DNA from: an uncultured bacterium
GTDB lineage: Bacteria > Oederibacteriota > PGYV01 > CAWJRG01
NCBI GenBank assembly: GCA_963845185.1
Contig: CAWJRG010000009.1
Span: 160,001 to 224,000, forward strand
Direction of reading: 5' to 3'
DNA: 64,000 bases
The notes beneath the pieces were generated by a model that was given only the letters and a program-made list of their open reading frames with translations, searched no databases and had not been told where the DNA came from. A program made the position numbers and the translations under genes. Shown here in pieces: positions 10,784-21,573 of this stretch; position 1 is the stretch's first letter, and the number at the start of each line of letters is the position of its first letter.

Positions 10784-12828
10784 ATGGGGCTAAAAATGAG
10801 GTTTTTAGGAACGTTTTTTTTCGTAATAATTGTTTTTGCCCCTTTTTCGATTTTAAGCCAGGATTTTGGAACAACCACAGGGGAGTTTTTAAAAATAAAT
10901 CCCGATGCCGAAGCAGAAGCAATGGGTGAAGCATATATAGCCCAAGCAGACGGCACAGCAGCTCTCATATATAACCCATCTGGACTTTCACTTCTTGATA
11001 AAGCCGAATTATCCCTAACTGAGTTATTATGGTTTAACAGTCTCTATATAGAACACGCCGCAGTTGCATATCCTTTTAGCCCGGGATTTGCGATAGGCGG
11101 CAGTGTTTTATGGATGGATACCGGAAAATTTGATTCGACCGGATATGCGCAGAACGCAATAAGCATTCAGGACGGGTTTTTTAATTTTGGAATTGGATGC
11201 AGCCTGCTTGATTCACTTCATATCGGCGCGGATGCAAAATTAATTTATGAAAATTACTTTGGCAACGCATCCTTTGGCACATCTTTTGACCTGGCGGGGA
11301 TTGTTAATTTTATAGGGAATAATTTTTCGGGCGGGATCGTAATTAAAAACCTCGGGTTTCTATCAGGTACCACCGATATGCTGCCTTTTGAAGCAGGAGT
11401 AGGACTTAATTATTCGGTTTTTGACGGAACGACAAGGACTTTTTCCATAAATTTGGACGCAGACAAAATACTGAATACTGACAACATTTACGTTGCATTA
11501 GGAGCGGAAACACTTGTTTTTAATGTGCTGGCCCTGAGGCTGGGCGTAAAATACAACAACGCGCTTAATATTGATTTTAATAATATTTCATTTTCGAATA
11601 TTGAAAGCCTAATGATACTTTCAGGCGGATTCGGCATAAACATTGGAAACGCATTTGCCATCGATTATGCTTTTACTCCCATGGGAGAGCTCGGGGCCGT
11701 ACAGCGGGTTACTTTAAAATTCAAATTTGGAGAGTCAATGCGCGAAAAGGCAATGTACGCTAAAGCAAAAGAGGCTGTTGTCGCTCCTAAAAATATGGAA
11801 ATACCGAAGGTTGAAACCTCGCAGGGAAAGATAAAGGAAGTTTCTTTTAAACCGCAGGTACCACAGGAAAATGTAAAGGAATGGAAACTGGAAATTAAGA
11901 CTTCCGACGGCAAGATAGTAAAAACATTCAGCGGAGTTGGCGAGGTGCCGAAAAATATAGCATGGGACGGGACAGACAGCTACGGCAAAATAGCCGCAGC
12001 CGGCGTGGGGTATGTGTACGATTTCAAGGCGAAGAGTACCGAGGGCAAAATTACGGAAAATACTGGCAAGATAACGTCGGCAAATAAATTCAGTTTCATG
12101 GAAGATGAAGTCCGGTATATTCCGGAAAGGAACAAGGAAATACTGGTTGTGCCTTTGACGCTTTTAATTTCGTCCGACAAAGAGGAAAGGAAAAAAGTGC
12201 CTTTTGTCATGGTCAATAAAGAAATAAAAAAGGTAACAGGATGGGAATTCACAATAAAGGACAAGAATGGCGAAATTGTCAGGTCATACAAAGGCAACGG
12301 GGACGTACCTTCTTACCTTGTATGGGACGGTAAAAATATGCAGGGCGAGACGGTACCGGATTCCAAATCCTGTGCGTATACACTTAGCATAAAAGGCGAA
12401 AAAGGGAAGGAAGCCCAAGTAACGAGCCCTGAAATAATGAGGGATCCGTTTACAGCTGCAACCAATACAAAGGTGGTAAAGCTCGCGAAGAAGATATACT
12501 TTGAATTGGATTCCGCTGCAATAGCTCCAGAAATGTATGACAGGCTTTCTCAGATTGCCGCTGAAATCAAGAGTTACGGCGCAACTTCCATATATATCCA
12601 GGGCATTCGAGCAAAGAGGGAGATGAAGCCCATAACCTGGCACTTTCTTACGAAAGGGCAAAAGCTGTTTTGAAATACCTGGTGGAGGTATTAAAAGTCG
12701 AGTCGGAATCAATAAACGCGGTCGGTTACGGTACGGAAATACCTGCGGCAAGCAATGAGACAGAAGAAGGCAAGGCAAAGAACCGAAGGGTTGAAATCGT
12801 CATAATAGCGGAAAAAAACTTCAAATGA
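10784..12828 (+). CDS. PorV/PorQ (UPF0164)-like beta-barrel fused to two FlgD-Ig-like domains and an OmpA_C peptidoglycan-binding domain; one frameshift at ~12601
   Basis: EFLKINPDAEAEAMGEAY...ALIYNPSGL and DYAFTPMGELG (PorV-like); WDGTD and WDGKN; IYFELDS. Adding one G at 12601-12603 restores QGHSS..NLALSYERA..NRRVEI, ending in an ATGA overlap with the next gene (~681 aa). Confidence 0.8.
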
Positions 12829-13877
12829 TTAAAGGTATATTTTTTACAGCGCTCATAACTGGATTTTTGTTTTTGCCGGTTGCCGCTGAGGAAACCCCGG
12901 AGCACATCTATAATATGGCAACGGACGCCATGACAAAAGGCGAAGACGCCGTCGCCATACAGCTTTTTTACAAGGTAACTGAAGAATACCCGAATTTTAA
13001 AAAATACAGGGCCGACGCGCTGTACATGCTAGGGCAGCTCCTTTTTAAGACCGAGCGTTATGACGAAGCGGAAAAAACTTTCAGCACGCTTATTTCCAAA
13101 TATAAAAAGTACCAAAAAATAGACAAGGCTTATGAGTACCTCATTTATATTTATACCGAGGAATTCAACGATAATGAAAAGGCAAAGAAAATAAGGGACC
13201 TGTACGCAAAGGAGTTTGGGACGGACCGCACGCTAACCAATATTGACAGGACCATGGATTTGCTCGACAAGGAGAGGAATTACGATATGCTCAAACTTGA
13301 CGCTTCAAACATGGAGATAAGCAGGTTTGAGGAAGCGACGGATTTCCAGACAGAAATTTTCCCCATCCTTTGCTATAAAAAAGATAAAGCCATGTCGAAC
13401 GACAAATCGATGTCGGTAGAAAGGAAGAAGACGCGGGGCGGCTATTATTTATTTTTAAACTACCCGCGGGGAAAAAATGGAAAAAAAGTACCTGACAGCA
13501 AAAATGGGTACATGCCGCAATGGGCGTGGGACGGCAAGTATGTAATTTTTACTTCCATGAACTGGGATACAATGTTGAGAAGAATAATGCTTTATGACCT
13601 TGAGAAGAACAAGACAAAAGTGATTTTTAGGGCTAAAAAAATAGATCCTCTTTTGTGCTTTTCACCGGATTCATCGAAAATAATTTTTATATTTGAAGGC
13701 AAACTGTGGATAACAAACAGGGATGGAGGCAATATATCAAAGTTAAACAACAAAATTACAGTAAAGGATGCTTTTGTAATGGCATGGGCTAAAGAGGGGG
13801 ATAAGTTATTGCTTAAAGAGGATTTACAAGGCAGCAAATACAAGATTTGTTACCTGACAAAAAGAGAGCTTAAATGA
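12825..13877 (+). CDS. Exported TPR + TolB/PD40-like beta-propeller protein
   Basis: Signal peptide; BamD/CpoB-like TPRs (YPN..ADALYMLG); PQWAWDGKYVIF, FSPDSSKIIF, WAKEGDKL repeats. Confidence 0.75.
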   Translation: MIKGIFFTALITGFLFLPVAAEETPEHIYNMATDAMTKGEDAVAIQLFYKVTEEYPNFKKYRADALYMLGQLLFKTERYDEAEKTFSTLISKYKKYQKIDKAYEYLIYIYTEEFNDNEKAKKIRDLYAKEFGTDRTLTNIDRTMDLLDKERNYDMLKLDASNMEISRFEEATDFQTEIFPILCYKKDKAMSNDKSMSVERKKTRGGYYLFLNYPRGKNGKKVPDSKNGYMPQWAWDGKYVIFTSMNWDTMLRRIMLYDLEKNKTKVIFRAKKIDPLLCFSPDSSKIIFIFEGKLWITNRDGGNISKLNNKITVKDAFVMAWAKEGDKLLLKEDLQGSKYKICYLTKRELK

Positions 13878-13958
13878 TAAAGTAGGTCTATTCAGTGCTC
13901 GAACTGGAATAGGTTTAAATAATAGAAATATTTTGCCGTACATAGAAGGAGGATTTTG

Positions 13959-15833
13959 ATGAAAAAAGTTTCACTAACTTTACTGACTTTAATACTTACA
14001 GCATTATTTGTTGTGCCTGCAGGTATTTTAGCGGATTCCATCGAGGAAAAGAAAAAAGCCTCGGAACTTGACCAGCAGAATGTTATAGCGCGTTATAACC
14101 TGGGCTTTGCATATTATCAGAACGGGCAGGCTGATAACGCAATTGACGTCTTAAAACAAACGCTTGATTTAAACAAAGCTGATAAAGCAGCACACGCGAA
14201 GGTTGATTCAGCGGCAACGCAGATGCTGGGGATACTTTATTTTAACGAAAAACAAAACGATGACGAGGCAATCAACTGGTTTAAAAAAGCGATTGAATTG
14301 ACACCTGGAAGCGGGGACAATTATTATTTTATGGGCCTGGCCATGGCTCGAAAACAAAATTATGAAGAAGCCCTCGCGGCTTTTGATACATCCCTGAAAA
14401 AAGGCACGGAAAACGCTGCTGACGCCAACTTCCGGATAGGCCAGATATGTTACAAAAGGGGGGACGCTGATAAAGCTGAGGCTTACCTTAAAAAAGCGAT
14501 TGAATCAAACCCCAAGAACCAGGAAGCACTTGAACTTCTCGGGATTATTTACCACAAAAAAGGCGACGCTGAAAAGGCAAAAAATATTTTTGAAAAAGTA
14601 GTCAAATTAAACAGCACAGATTTTAACTCGTATTACATACTGGGGCTCAGTTATTATCAGTTGAAGGAATACGATAAAATGATTGGGGCTTATAAAGAAG
14701 CCATAAAGATAAATCCGAATTTTCCGGACGCCCATTATAACCTTGGAATGGCGTATTTTTTCAGGAATATGTACGAGGATGCTATATCTGAGCTTGAAAA
14801 GGCAAAGGAATTGAACCCTTCCGACGCGGCTACCTTTGCCCTTTTGGGGCAGTCGAAGGATGCGGCTTATGATTATCACATGAAAAATGGCGCGACTTTT
14901 ATAACGTCCGAGGAATTCGGCAAGGCAAAGCAGGAACTCGAGCTTGCGCTGAAAGCAAGGGCCGACGACCAGCAGGCTGAGAACCTTCTTTCCTCATTAA
15001 AAGAAATGATAACCAAAGACGTACAGACCAGGAATCCCAAGGCGAAAAAATATTTTAGTGAAAAAAAATACACAGAAGCACTTTATGAATGGCAAGCTGT
15101 ACTGGCTGAAGACCCGGAAAATTCCGAGGCAAAAGACGGAGTGCAAAACATGCCTTCCGGGCTGAAAGATATGGCAAAGGCCAAAGAAAAGAAAGCAAAC
15201 GAGGACATGGCGACAGGAGACCTCGCCGGAGCGCTGAAGGAATATAAAGATGCGGCTTCAAACGCAAAAGATAAAGATAATGTAAAGCACAAGATTTCCA
15301 CAATCCAGACGCAAATAAACAAAAAGATAAAGAACCTGCTTTCAAAAGCGGATAAATCGTATGCTTCGGGCGGGTACAAAGCCGCCCTTGATGACTATAA
15401 CGAAATTTTAAAATATGATGAAAACAATGAAAAAGCACTTGACGGCCTCACCAGGGTTAACGCAAAGATAGAAGATGCCAAGGCCAAATACCTGGATACG
15501 GCAAAAAGAATCAAGTCACAGGATAAGTCAAGAGCGATAAGCCTGCTGAAAAAAGTCCTTGCGCTGGATCCTACAAACGCCGAGGCAAACAAATATATCG
15601 AGGAATTAACAGGCTCGAAATCGGAAATCGCGGCAAATGCGCAGCAGATTAAAAAGCTTTACTATGAAGGCGTGGATAAATACGTAAACGGAGACATAGA
15701 GGATGCAATTAAAATATGGAAAAAAGTTTTAAGCCTGGACCCAAGCTACACCGAAGCCAAGAAAAATATAGGCAGAGCCCAGGAAAAACTCGCGGCCATA
15801 AAGAATTTGACAAATGGAGGGGCTGGACAATGA
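13959..15833 (+). CDS. Exported multi-TPR protein
   Basis: RBS AAGGAGG; signal peptide; many canonical TPRs (e.g. NPNFPDAHYNLGMAY). Confidence 0.9.
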   Translation: MKKVSLTLLTLILTALFVVPAGILADSIEEKKKASELDQQNVIARYNLGFAYYQNGQADNAIDVLKQTLDLNKADKAAHAKVDSAATQMLGILYFNEKQNDDEAINWFKKAIELTPGSGDNYYFMGLAMARKQNYEEALAAFDTSLKKGTENAADANFRIGQICYKRGDADKAEAYLKKAIESNPKNQEALELLGIIYHKKGDAEKAKNIFEKVVKLNSTDFNSYYILGLSYYQLKEYDKMIGAYKEAIKINPNFPDAHYNLGMAYFFRNMYEDAISELEKAKELNPSDAATFALLGQSKDAAYDYHMKNGATFITSEEFGKAKQELELALKARADDQQAENLLSSLKEMITKDVQTRNPKAKKYFSEKKYTEALYEWQAVLAEDPENSEAKDGVQNMPSGLKDMAKAKEKKANEDMATGDLAGALKEYKDAASNAKDKDNVKHKISTIQTQINKKIKNLLSKADKSYASGGYKAALDDYNEILKYDENNEKALDGLTRVNAKIEDAKAKYLDTAKRIKSQDKSRAISLLKKVLALDPTNAEANKYIEELTGSKSEIAANAQQIKKLYYEGVDKYVNGDIEDAIKIWKKVLSLDPSYTEAKKNIGRAQEKLAAIKNLTNGGAGQ

Positions 15834-16846
15834 AAATAACAATTTACGAAGTTGCAAGAAGGGCAGGAGTATCAATATCAACAGCGTCCAAAGCTTTAAA
15901 CGATAAAAAGGATGTAGGCGAAGCAACAAAACAAAAAGTCAGGGAGATAGCCAGGGAATTAAATTATGAACCGTCTCATTTTGCCCGCGCACTGGCCAGG
16001 AGGAAAACGGACAACATCGGGGTAATAACAGTCCGGTATTACAAAGAGCCCATGATTACAAATCCTTTTTACGCTAAAATACTCGAAGGTATTGAAGAAG
16101 AACTGATAAACAGCAACTTGAATCTTCTTACCAATATTTTGAGGAAAGAACAGATGGATTTGCTTGATATACCGAAAATGGTAAAAGAAAAGAGCGTGGA
16201 TGGGATTATCCTTCTTGGCCATATGCCCGAGCCTTTTGTGAGGATGGTGTCTGATAAAGGCCTGCCCGTGGTTATGATAGACAATTATTTTGAAGACGCG
16301 AATATTTCATCCATTATCGCTGACAACGTAGGCGGTGCTTTTTACGCGGTGGAATACCTCGCTAGGACCGGACATAAGAAGATAGCTTACCTGTCAGGAC
16401 CGGCAGCGAGATACAGTTTTAAGCAAAGGGAACAGGGGTTTAGGCAGGCGATGCAAAAATATAACCTGCCTGTTGACGAGAGGTTTGTTATCTTCAACGA
16501 GGGAGAGAACATGTCATACGAATGGATGAAAAAAATACTGGACTACGACGTGAAACCGGATGCGGTATTCACGTGCAACGACATTACCGCGTTAATGGTG
16601 ATAAATATGCTTAAAGACGCGGGGTTAAAGGTTCCCGAGGATATGAGCGTCATGGGTTTTGATAATATAGATATAGCAGGGCACTTTATACCTTCCATTT
16701 CTACGGTTGATGTAAAAAAAGAAGAAATGGGAATAAATGCTGTTAAAAAGCTGCTTAATATAATAAATCAAAATGATACCACAGTGGAAAATATGACATT
16801 TCCGACAAGCATAGTCATAAGGGATTCCACAAAAAAACAAGCATAG
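15830..16846 (+). CDS. LacI-family transcriptional regulator
   Basis: ATGA overlap with the TPR gene; HTH TIYEVARRAGVSISTASKALN, hinge ARALA, VPEDMSVMGFDN. Confidence 0.95.
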   Translation: MKITIYEVARRAGVSISTASKALNDKKDVGEATKQKVREIARELNYEPSHFARALARRKTDNIGVITVRYYKEPMITNPFYAKILEGIEEELINSNLNLLTNILRKEQMDLLDIPKMVKEKSVDGIILLGHMPEPFVRMVSDKGLPVVMIDNYFEDANISSIIADNVGGAFYAVEYLARTGHKKIAYLSGPAARYSFKQREQGFRQAMQKYNLPVDERFVIFNEGENMSYEWMKKILDYDVKPDAVFTCNDITALMVINMLKDAGLKVPEDMSVMGFDNIDIAGHFIPSISTVDVKKEEMGINAVKKLLNIINQNDTTVENMTFPTSIVIRDSTKKQA

Positions 16847-16918
16847 CAGCAAGCTTTATATTACGGAAATTTTTAGTTTTTAGTATTAAATTATTTTTTT
16901 AAAACTTCCGGGTTAAAA

Positions 16919-18163
16919 ATGAAGGAAAATATAAAAAAATATATAACCTACAGTCTGTTTTTATATGCTTTTGTTTCGACAATATCAATAACCCTTGCCG
17001 AAATATTTTTTATTGCAGGGCTGCTGCTGTGGCTGGCTGACGCAATAATAAATAAAAAAGACATAAAAAAAGATTTCCCTGTTTTTATAAGCCTGCCGAT
17101 TCTGTTTTTCATTCTCATACACTTTTTAGCTGCAGTTACAGGGCTTGATCCAATAAGCAGCCTGAAAGATTTCAGAAAAGTATACATTTTTTTAATTCTT
17201 TTTCTTGCCGGAAACTATTTAAAAAACGAGAAAGACATTAAAAAAGCATTCGATTTTTTTGTCGCGGGCGCGGCAATCGTGGGGATATATGCGGTAATTA
17301 CCACAATAAAATTCAGGTACATTGGTCACAACCCGGATTTCAGGGCATCGTCTTTTTCCGGCAACCACATGCATGCAGGCGGCATGCTGATGATGGGATT
17401 AATTGTTAATGCGGCTCTTTTGGCAGGTTTGTTAAAAGACAAAATGAAAAATTTAAAATTGGGCGCGCTATACACTGCTGCATTTGTACTAATTGCGGCA
17501 GGGCTGGCATGCACGGCTACAAGAGGCTCGTGGTTTGCCGCTTTTGCAGGGATATTGATAGTAGCGTTTTTAGCAGACAAAAGGGTGTTTACCGGCGTTA
17601 TTATTTTTGCTTTGTTTGGGCTTTTTCTGATAAGGGACACATCCTATGGAAAACGCATTACTGATACTTTTAAGGTTTATTACGGCACATCCGCAATTGA
17701 AAGGGTTTATATGTGGAAAAGCGGTCTGCAGATAATAAAGGATTACCCTTTACACGGGGTTGGCACGTCTAATTTAGGAAAGGTTTACCCGAAATACAAG
17801 AATAAGGATGCTTTTGAGGCAAACGAAGGCCATTTGCACAACAACCTTATACAGATTGCGGTTATCGACGGAATACCAGGGCTTGGAATATTTTTATGGC
17901 TTTTTACAGCTTTATGGGTTTTTGCAACCGGGTTGATCCGGAAAGCGGCAAAAAGCAGATTGAGATATTTTGCTTTTGCTGTTTTTGCTATAAGCATAGC
18001 GTTTTTTATTAACGGATTTTTTGAGTATAACTTTTTTTCATCACAGGTAGCCACGATATTCTGGTTCATTACGGGCGCAGGCCTGGCAATAAACAACCTT
18101 TTTGCCTCAGGCTGGAAAGAAGAAACTGAGCAGGCCGGGGAAATAACGGCAGCAAAAGAATGA
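16919..18163 (+). CDS. O-antigen ligase (WaaL/Wzy_C) family membrane protein
   Basis: Multi-TM; TATRGSW, ERVYMWKSG, PLHGVG, HLHNNLIQ...GIPG. Confidence 0.85.
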   Translation: MKENIKKYITYSLFLYAFVSTISITLAEIFFIAGLLLWLADAIINKKDIKKDFPVFISLPILFFILIHFLAAVTGLDPISSLKDFRKVYIFLILFLAGNYLKNEKDIKKAFDFFVAGAAIVGIYAVITTIKFRYIGHNPDFRASSFSGNHMHAGGMLMMGLIVNAALLAGLLKDKMKNLKLGALYTAAFVLIAAGLACTATRGSWFAAFAGILIVAFLADKRVFTGVIIFALFGLFLIRDTSYGKRITDTFKVYYGTSAIERVYMWKSGLQIIKDYPLHGVGTSNLGKVYPKYKNKDAFEANEGHLHNNLIQIAVIDGIPGLGIFLWLFTALWVFATGLIRKAAKSRLRYFAFAVFAISIAFFINGFFEYNFFSSQVATIFWFITGAGLAINNLFASGWKEETEQAGEITAAKE

Positions 18164-19215
18164 AAATTGAAATTGATAAATTACACCGCGCTTTGATAAT
18201 CAGGCCGCGGGCCATAGGCGATATATTGCTTACGACGCCTTTCATAAGAGCTTTAAAAAAACGTATCCCCGGCATAAAAATAGACTATTTATGCGAGCCG
18301 ATGGGGTTGCCGATACTTGAAAACAACCCTTATCTGTCAGATGTCATTGTATATGAAAAAAATAAGTTGAAAAAAATGGCTCCTTCTGTCAAAATGATGG
18401 AAACTGCAAGATTTTACAATGGTTTAAGGGCAAGAAAATACGATATTGTTTTCGACCTTTTCGGGAATTTGAGGACCGCCTTAATGAGTTTTTTGACAGG
18501 CGCCAGATACAGAGCCGGATTCACCTTCAGGGGAAGGAAAATCTTTTATAATATTAGGGTAAAACCCGACCGTGCACCAAAGTATAATGTTTATTATCAT
18601 ATGGACCTTCTAAAGGCCATAAACGTGCAGGATGACGGCGAAAAAATGGATTTTTATTTTGGAAATGAAGAAAAAGCATATATCAGCAATTTCTTTAAAA
18701 GCAAGCGCATAAGCGACAAAGACCTGATTGTAGGCATAAATCCGGCGGGTTCATGGCCGACAAAAAGGTGGCCGGAACAAAAATTTTCAACCCTTGCAGA
18801 CAGGATTATTGAGGATTTAAAAGGCGTAAAAATAATAGTGCTGTGGGGTCCAAACGAGGAGGCCATGGCAGAGCTCGTCGTTTCAGGCATAAAAAACGAC
18901 AAGTCAGATGTATATATCGCGCCGGAGACAAGCATAAAGCAGCTTGGCGCGCTGATTGAAAAAATAAAAGTACTTGTAACAAACGACGGCGCTCCAAAAC
19001 ACATAGCAGACGCGCTTGGCACGCCGACAGTAGCCATTTTCGGGCCGACCAATTACAAGTCTTGGAACCCGGCGAACAGCGAGATACATACGGCAGTCAC
19101 AGGCGGGGAGGCCTGCGCGCCGTGCGACAAGACAGAGTGCAGCAATATCAGGTGCATGGAGTCTGTTACGACCGCGGAAGTATTCGGGCATGTGAAGCGG
19201 ATGCTGAAATTATAA
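18160..19215 (+). CDS. GT9 LPS heptosyltransferase family (WaaF/WaaQ-like)
   Basis: AIGDILLTTP, KRWP, VTNDGAPKHIA, PTVAIFGPT, CAPC. Confidence 0.9.
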   Translation: MKIEIDKLHRALIIRPRAIGDILLTTPFIRALKKRIPGIKIDYLCEPMGLPILENNPYLSDVIVYEKNKLKKMAPSVKMMETARFYNGLRARKYDIVFDLFGNLRTALMSFLTGARYRAGFTFRGRKIFYNIRVKPDRAPKYNVYYHMDLLKAINVQDDGEKMDFYFGNEEKAYISNFFKSKRISDKDLIVGINPAGSWPTKRWPEQKFSTLADRIIEDLKGVKIIVLWGPNEEAMAELVVSGIKNDKSDVYIAPETSIKQLGALIEKIKVLVTNDGAPKHIADALGTPTVAIFGPTNYKSWNPANSEIHTAVTGGEACAPCDKTECSNIRCMESVTTAEVFGHVKRMLKL

Positions 19216-19267
19216 ATTTTGGGATCACAACCGGTAATCTAAAATAAAAGACAGGAGGTTTTGCGCC

Positions 19268-19927
19268 ATGGTGGAAGTTGATATAGACAAAATACTTGAA
19301 AACAGCGAGAAAAAAGAAGTCAAGGAAAAGGCAAAATCAAAAACTAAATTTTTCATTATACTGGGAGCCGCAGTTTTAATAGCGGCGGGGATAATTTCGC
19401 TTGTGACAATAACAATTATCGGAGAATCAAGCGCGGCATACATGCCATTTGTCAACGGGGCAAAATACACTTATAACAGGTCGGGCAAAAGCCCTGAGGA
19501 ATGGAACACGATGGAAAAAACAAAGAATATAGACGGTTACGTTTGCCAGGGCATAAACAAGGTCGACAAGGGCACAAACCTTTCATACCAGGATTACTAC
19601 TGTGTGGGCAAGTCCGGCATAGTGCGGATAGCTTATTCCGAGAATTTCGGGCAGATAAAAGAATCGCCTTTCGGGATTCTCCCTGGCAGGATCAAGGCAG
19701 GCAAGGAATTCGAGGCCGGTAATATCAAGGACAAGATAGTTTACGCTAAGATACTGGCAAAGGAGAAAGTATCAACGCCTGTGGGCGTCATAGAAGCGTT
19801 GAAAGTGGAATACAGCGCAGAACCTTATTATCATAAAACAGTCTGGTACGGCAAAGGGATTGGCGTAATAAAAGAAGTGAATGACCTGACCAACGAGGAG
19901 AGGTCAATTATCAACGTGGTGAATTAA
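19268..19927 (+). CDS. Membrane-anchored hypothetical protein (DUF3108/TapB-like beta domain)
   Basis: RBS AGGAGG; one TM segment; VSTPVG...[13 protein letters not shown]. Confidence 0.6.
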   Translation: MVEVDIDKILENSEKKEVKEKAKSKTKFFIILGAAVLIAAGIISLVTITIIGESSAAYMPFVNGAKYTYNRSGKSPEEWNTMEKTKNIDGYVCQGINKVDKGTNLSYQDYYCVGKSGIVRIAYSENFGQIKESPFGILPGRIKAGKEFEAGNIKDKIVYAKILAKEKVSTPVGVIEALKVEYSAEPYYHKTVWYGKGIGVIKEVNDLTNEERSIINVVN

Positions 19928-21564
19928 TGCAGATTAAAAAACAGATTTTCGGAAAGGATTTCATGTTTTACCTTGCGGGGATATGCATATTCCTTACGGT
20001 TGTTTCTTTTTCAATAGTCATCGTAAATATAAAAAGAACCGCGGCAGACAACAACAGCCGTATGGAAGTATATGCGGACGAATACATGAAACTGGCGGCC
20101 GTTTACAATAAGATGACAAATTTCAACGAGACGCTTAAATATGTGGCGTGGCTTAAGCAGGAATACCCAAAGAAGTTTTACTACAAAAATTACGCGGGCA
20201 TAAACGATATAATCGCGCTGGCTTCCAAGCTAAGCGATGAGAATGCCAAAAAGACCATAATGGATTTTACGGCCCCTTACAGGAAATTCGACGTGAACAC
20301 AATACCCCTTAAAGATTTAAGGGAAAAAATAAAAAGCAACATTGCGGTAATAAAAACAGTTGACGGCACTGCAAGCAAAACAGGGGAAGAAATTAGGGCC
20401 CTTGCCGGCCGGGGCGGCAGCGCGGGCATGGTTATGTATCTTTTTTTCCTGGAACTTATAATTGTGCTGGCGCTCAGTATTTGGTCGGTTTTTCATTATT
20501 TGCAGGCAAGCGGGCTGATGAAGAAATTTTTCGAGAGAGATTTTGACATAAGCGGCCTTGACGACGAGTTTTTAAGCGTATTCGACATCGGGGAGGACAA
20601 AAGCAGGTTCTTCAGCAACGTGAAGAAGCTGCGGAACAATTTTTTTGTCATCGGCAACGAGTTTAAGACAATGCAGGAAATGTTCAGGACAATAATAACG
20701 TCGTTTAACGAGGTTTCCAGCACGGCAGATGCGATTTCAAACGCGACGCAGGACCTTTCAAAAAAAGTAACAGGCTACAGCGAGAGCGTAAAAAACACCA
20801 AACAGATTACCGAGAAAATAGCGGATGACATAGAGCAAATCAGGGTTGACACGAACGCAGGCGCGGAAAACAGCAAAAAAATGGATTTGACGGCCAAGGA
20901 AGGCGAGGATTCCATAAACAGCATAATAAACGAGATTAACAATATATACAAAGTGGCCAACGAGCTTGAGCAGGTTGTCCTGCACCTGGGAGGCAAGACC
21001 GTGGAAATAGGAAAGGTTACGACGCTCATAAAAGAAATAGCCGAGCAGACTAACCTTCTCGCGCTTAACGCTTCCATAGAGGCGGCCAGGGCAGGAGAGG
21101 CAGGCAGGGGTTTTGCTGTAGTTGCCGAGGAAATAAGGAAACTCGCCGAATCCACAGCGGGCGCGTCGAAAAAGATAACCGAGGAAATAAAACAGATAAA
21201 CAAGGACATGGATTTTACGGTGAACCAGATAAAAGTCACGACAGACAGCATAAACAAAGGCGTGAACATGGCAAACGAGGCAGGAGTAGCATTTTCAAGA
21301 ATCAAGGAAGTCATAATGGAGACAATGAAAATAACAGGCAGCATATACACCCTCACCGGCGGCGAGGTCGAAAAAATACAAAACATGATCAAGATTATAA
21401 GCGAAGTCGAGGATATCATCGAGGATATGGCTGCAAATATAGAGGAAATATCGGCTTCGATAGAGCAGGAAACCGCAAGCATAGAGAATTTAAAAGCTGT
21501 CACGGACGAGCTTTTCCAGAAATCCGAGAAAATCAAAGCGGTTTTTGATAATCTGAAGATATAG
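19927..21564 (+). CDS. Methyl-accepting chemotaxis protein
   Basis: Two TM segments; [38 protein letters not shown]. Confidence 0.95.
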   Translation: MQIKKQIFGKDFMFYLAGICIFLTVVSFSIVIVNIKRTAADNNSRMEVYADEYMKLAAVYNKMTNFNETLKYVAWLKQEYPKKFYYKNYAGINDIIALASKLSDENAKKTIMDFTAPYRKFDVNTIPLKDLREKIKSNIAVIKTVDGTASKTGEEIRALAGRGGSAGMVMYLFFLELIIVLALSIWSVFHYLQASGLMKKFFERDFDISGLDDEFLSVFDIGEDKSRFFSNVKKLRNNFFVIGNEFKTMQEMFRTIITSFNEVSSTADAISNATQDLSKKVTGYSESVKNTKQITEKIADDIEQIRVDTNAGAENSKKMDLTAKEGEDSINSIINEINNIYKVANELEQVVLHLGGKTVEIGKVTTLIKEIAEQTNLLALNASIEAARAGEAGRGFAVVAEEIRKLAESTAGASKKITEEIKQINKDMDFTVNQIKVTTDSINKGVNMANEAGVAFSRIKEVIMETMKITGSIYTLTGGEVEKIQNMIKIISEVEDIIEDMAANIEEISASIEQETASIENLKAVTDELFQKSEKIKAVFDNLKI

Positions 21565-21573
21565 CGCAAAAAA

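Noticed and set aside
15716..15829. N-terminal extensions in the ORF track (LacI from 15716; also 34307, 54304, 59119, 60164, 63396)
   Set aside because: RBS positions, gene overlaps and domain starts support later starts (15830, 34361, 54394, 59128, 60188, 63471).
20775..21569. 264-aa antisense ORF over the MCP (and similar ones over mreB, rng and the NHL repeats)
   Set aside because: Antisense shadows of conserved coding sequence with no independent features.
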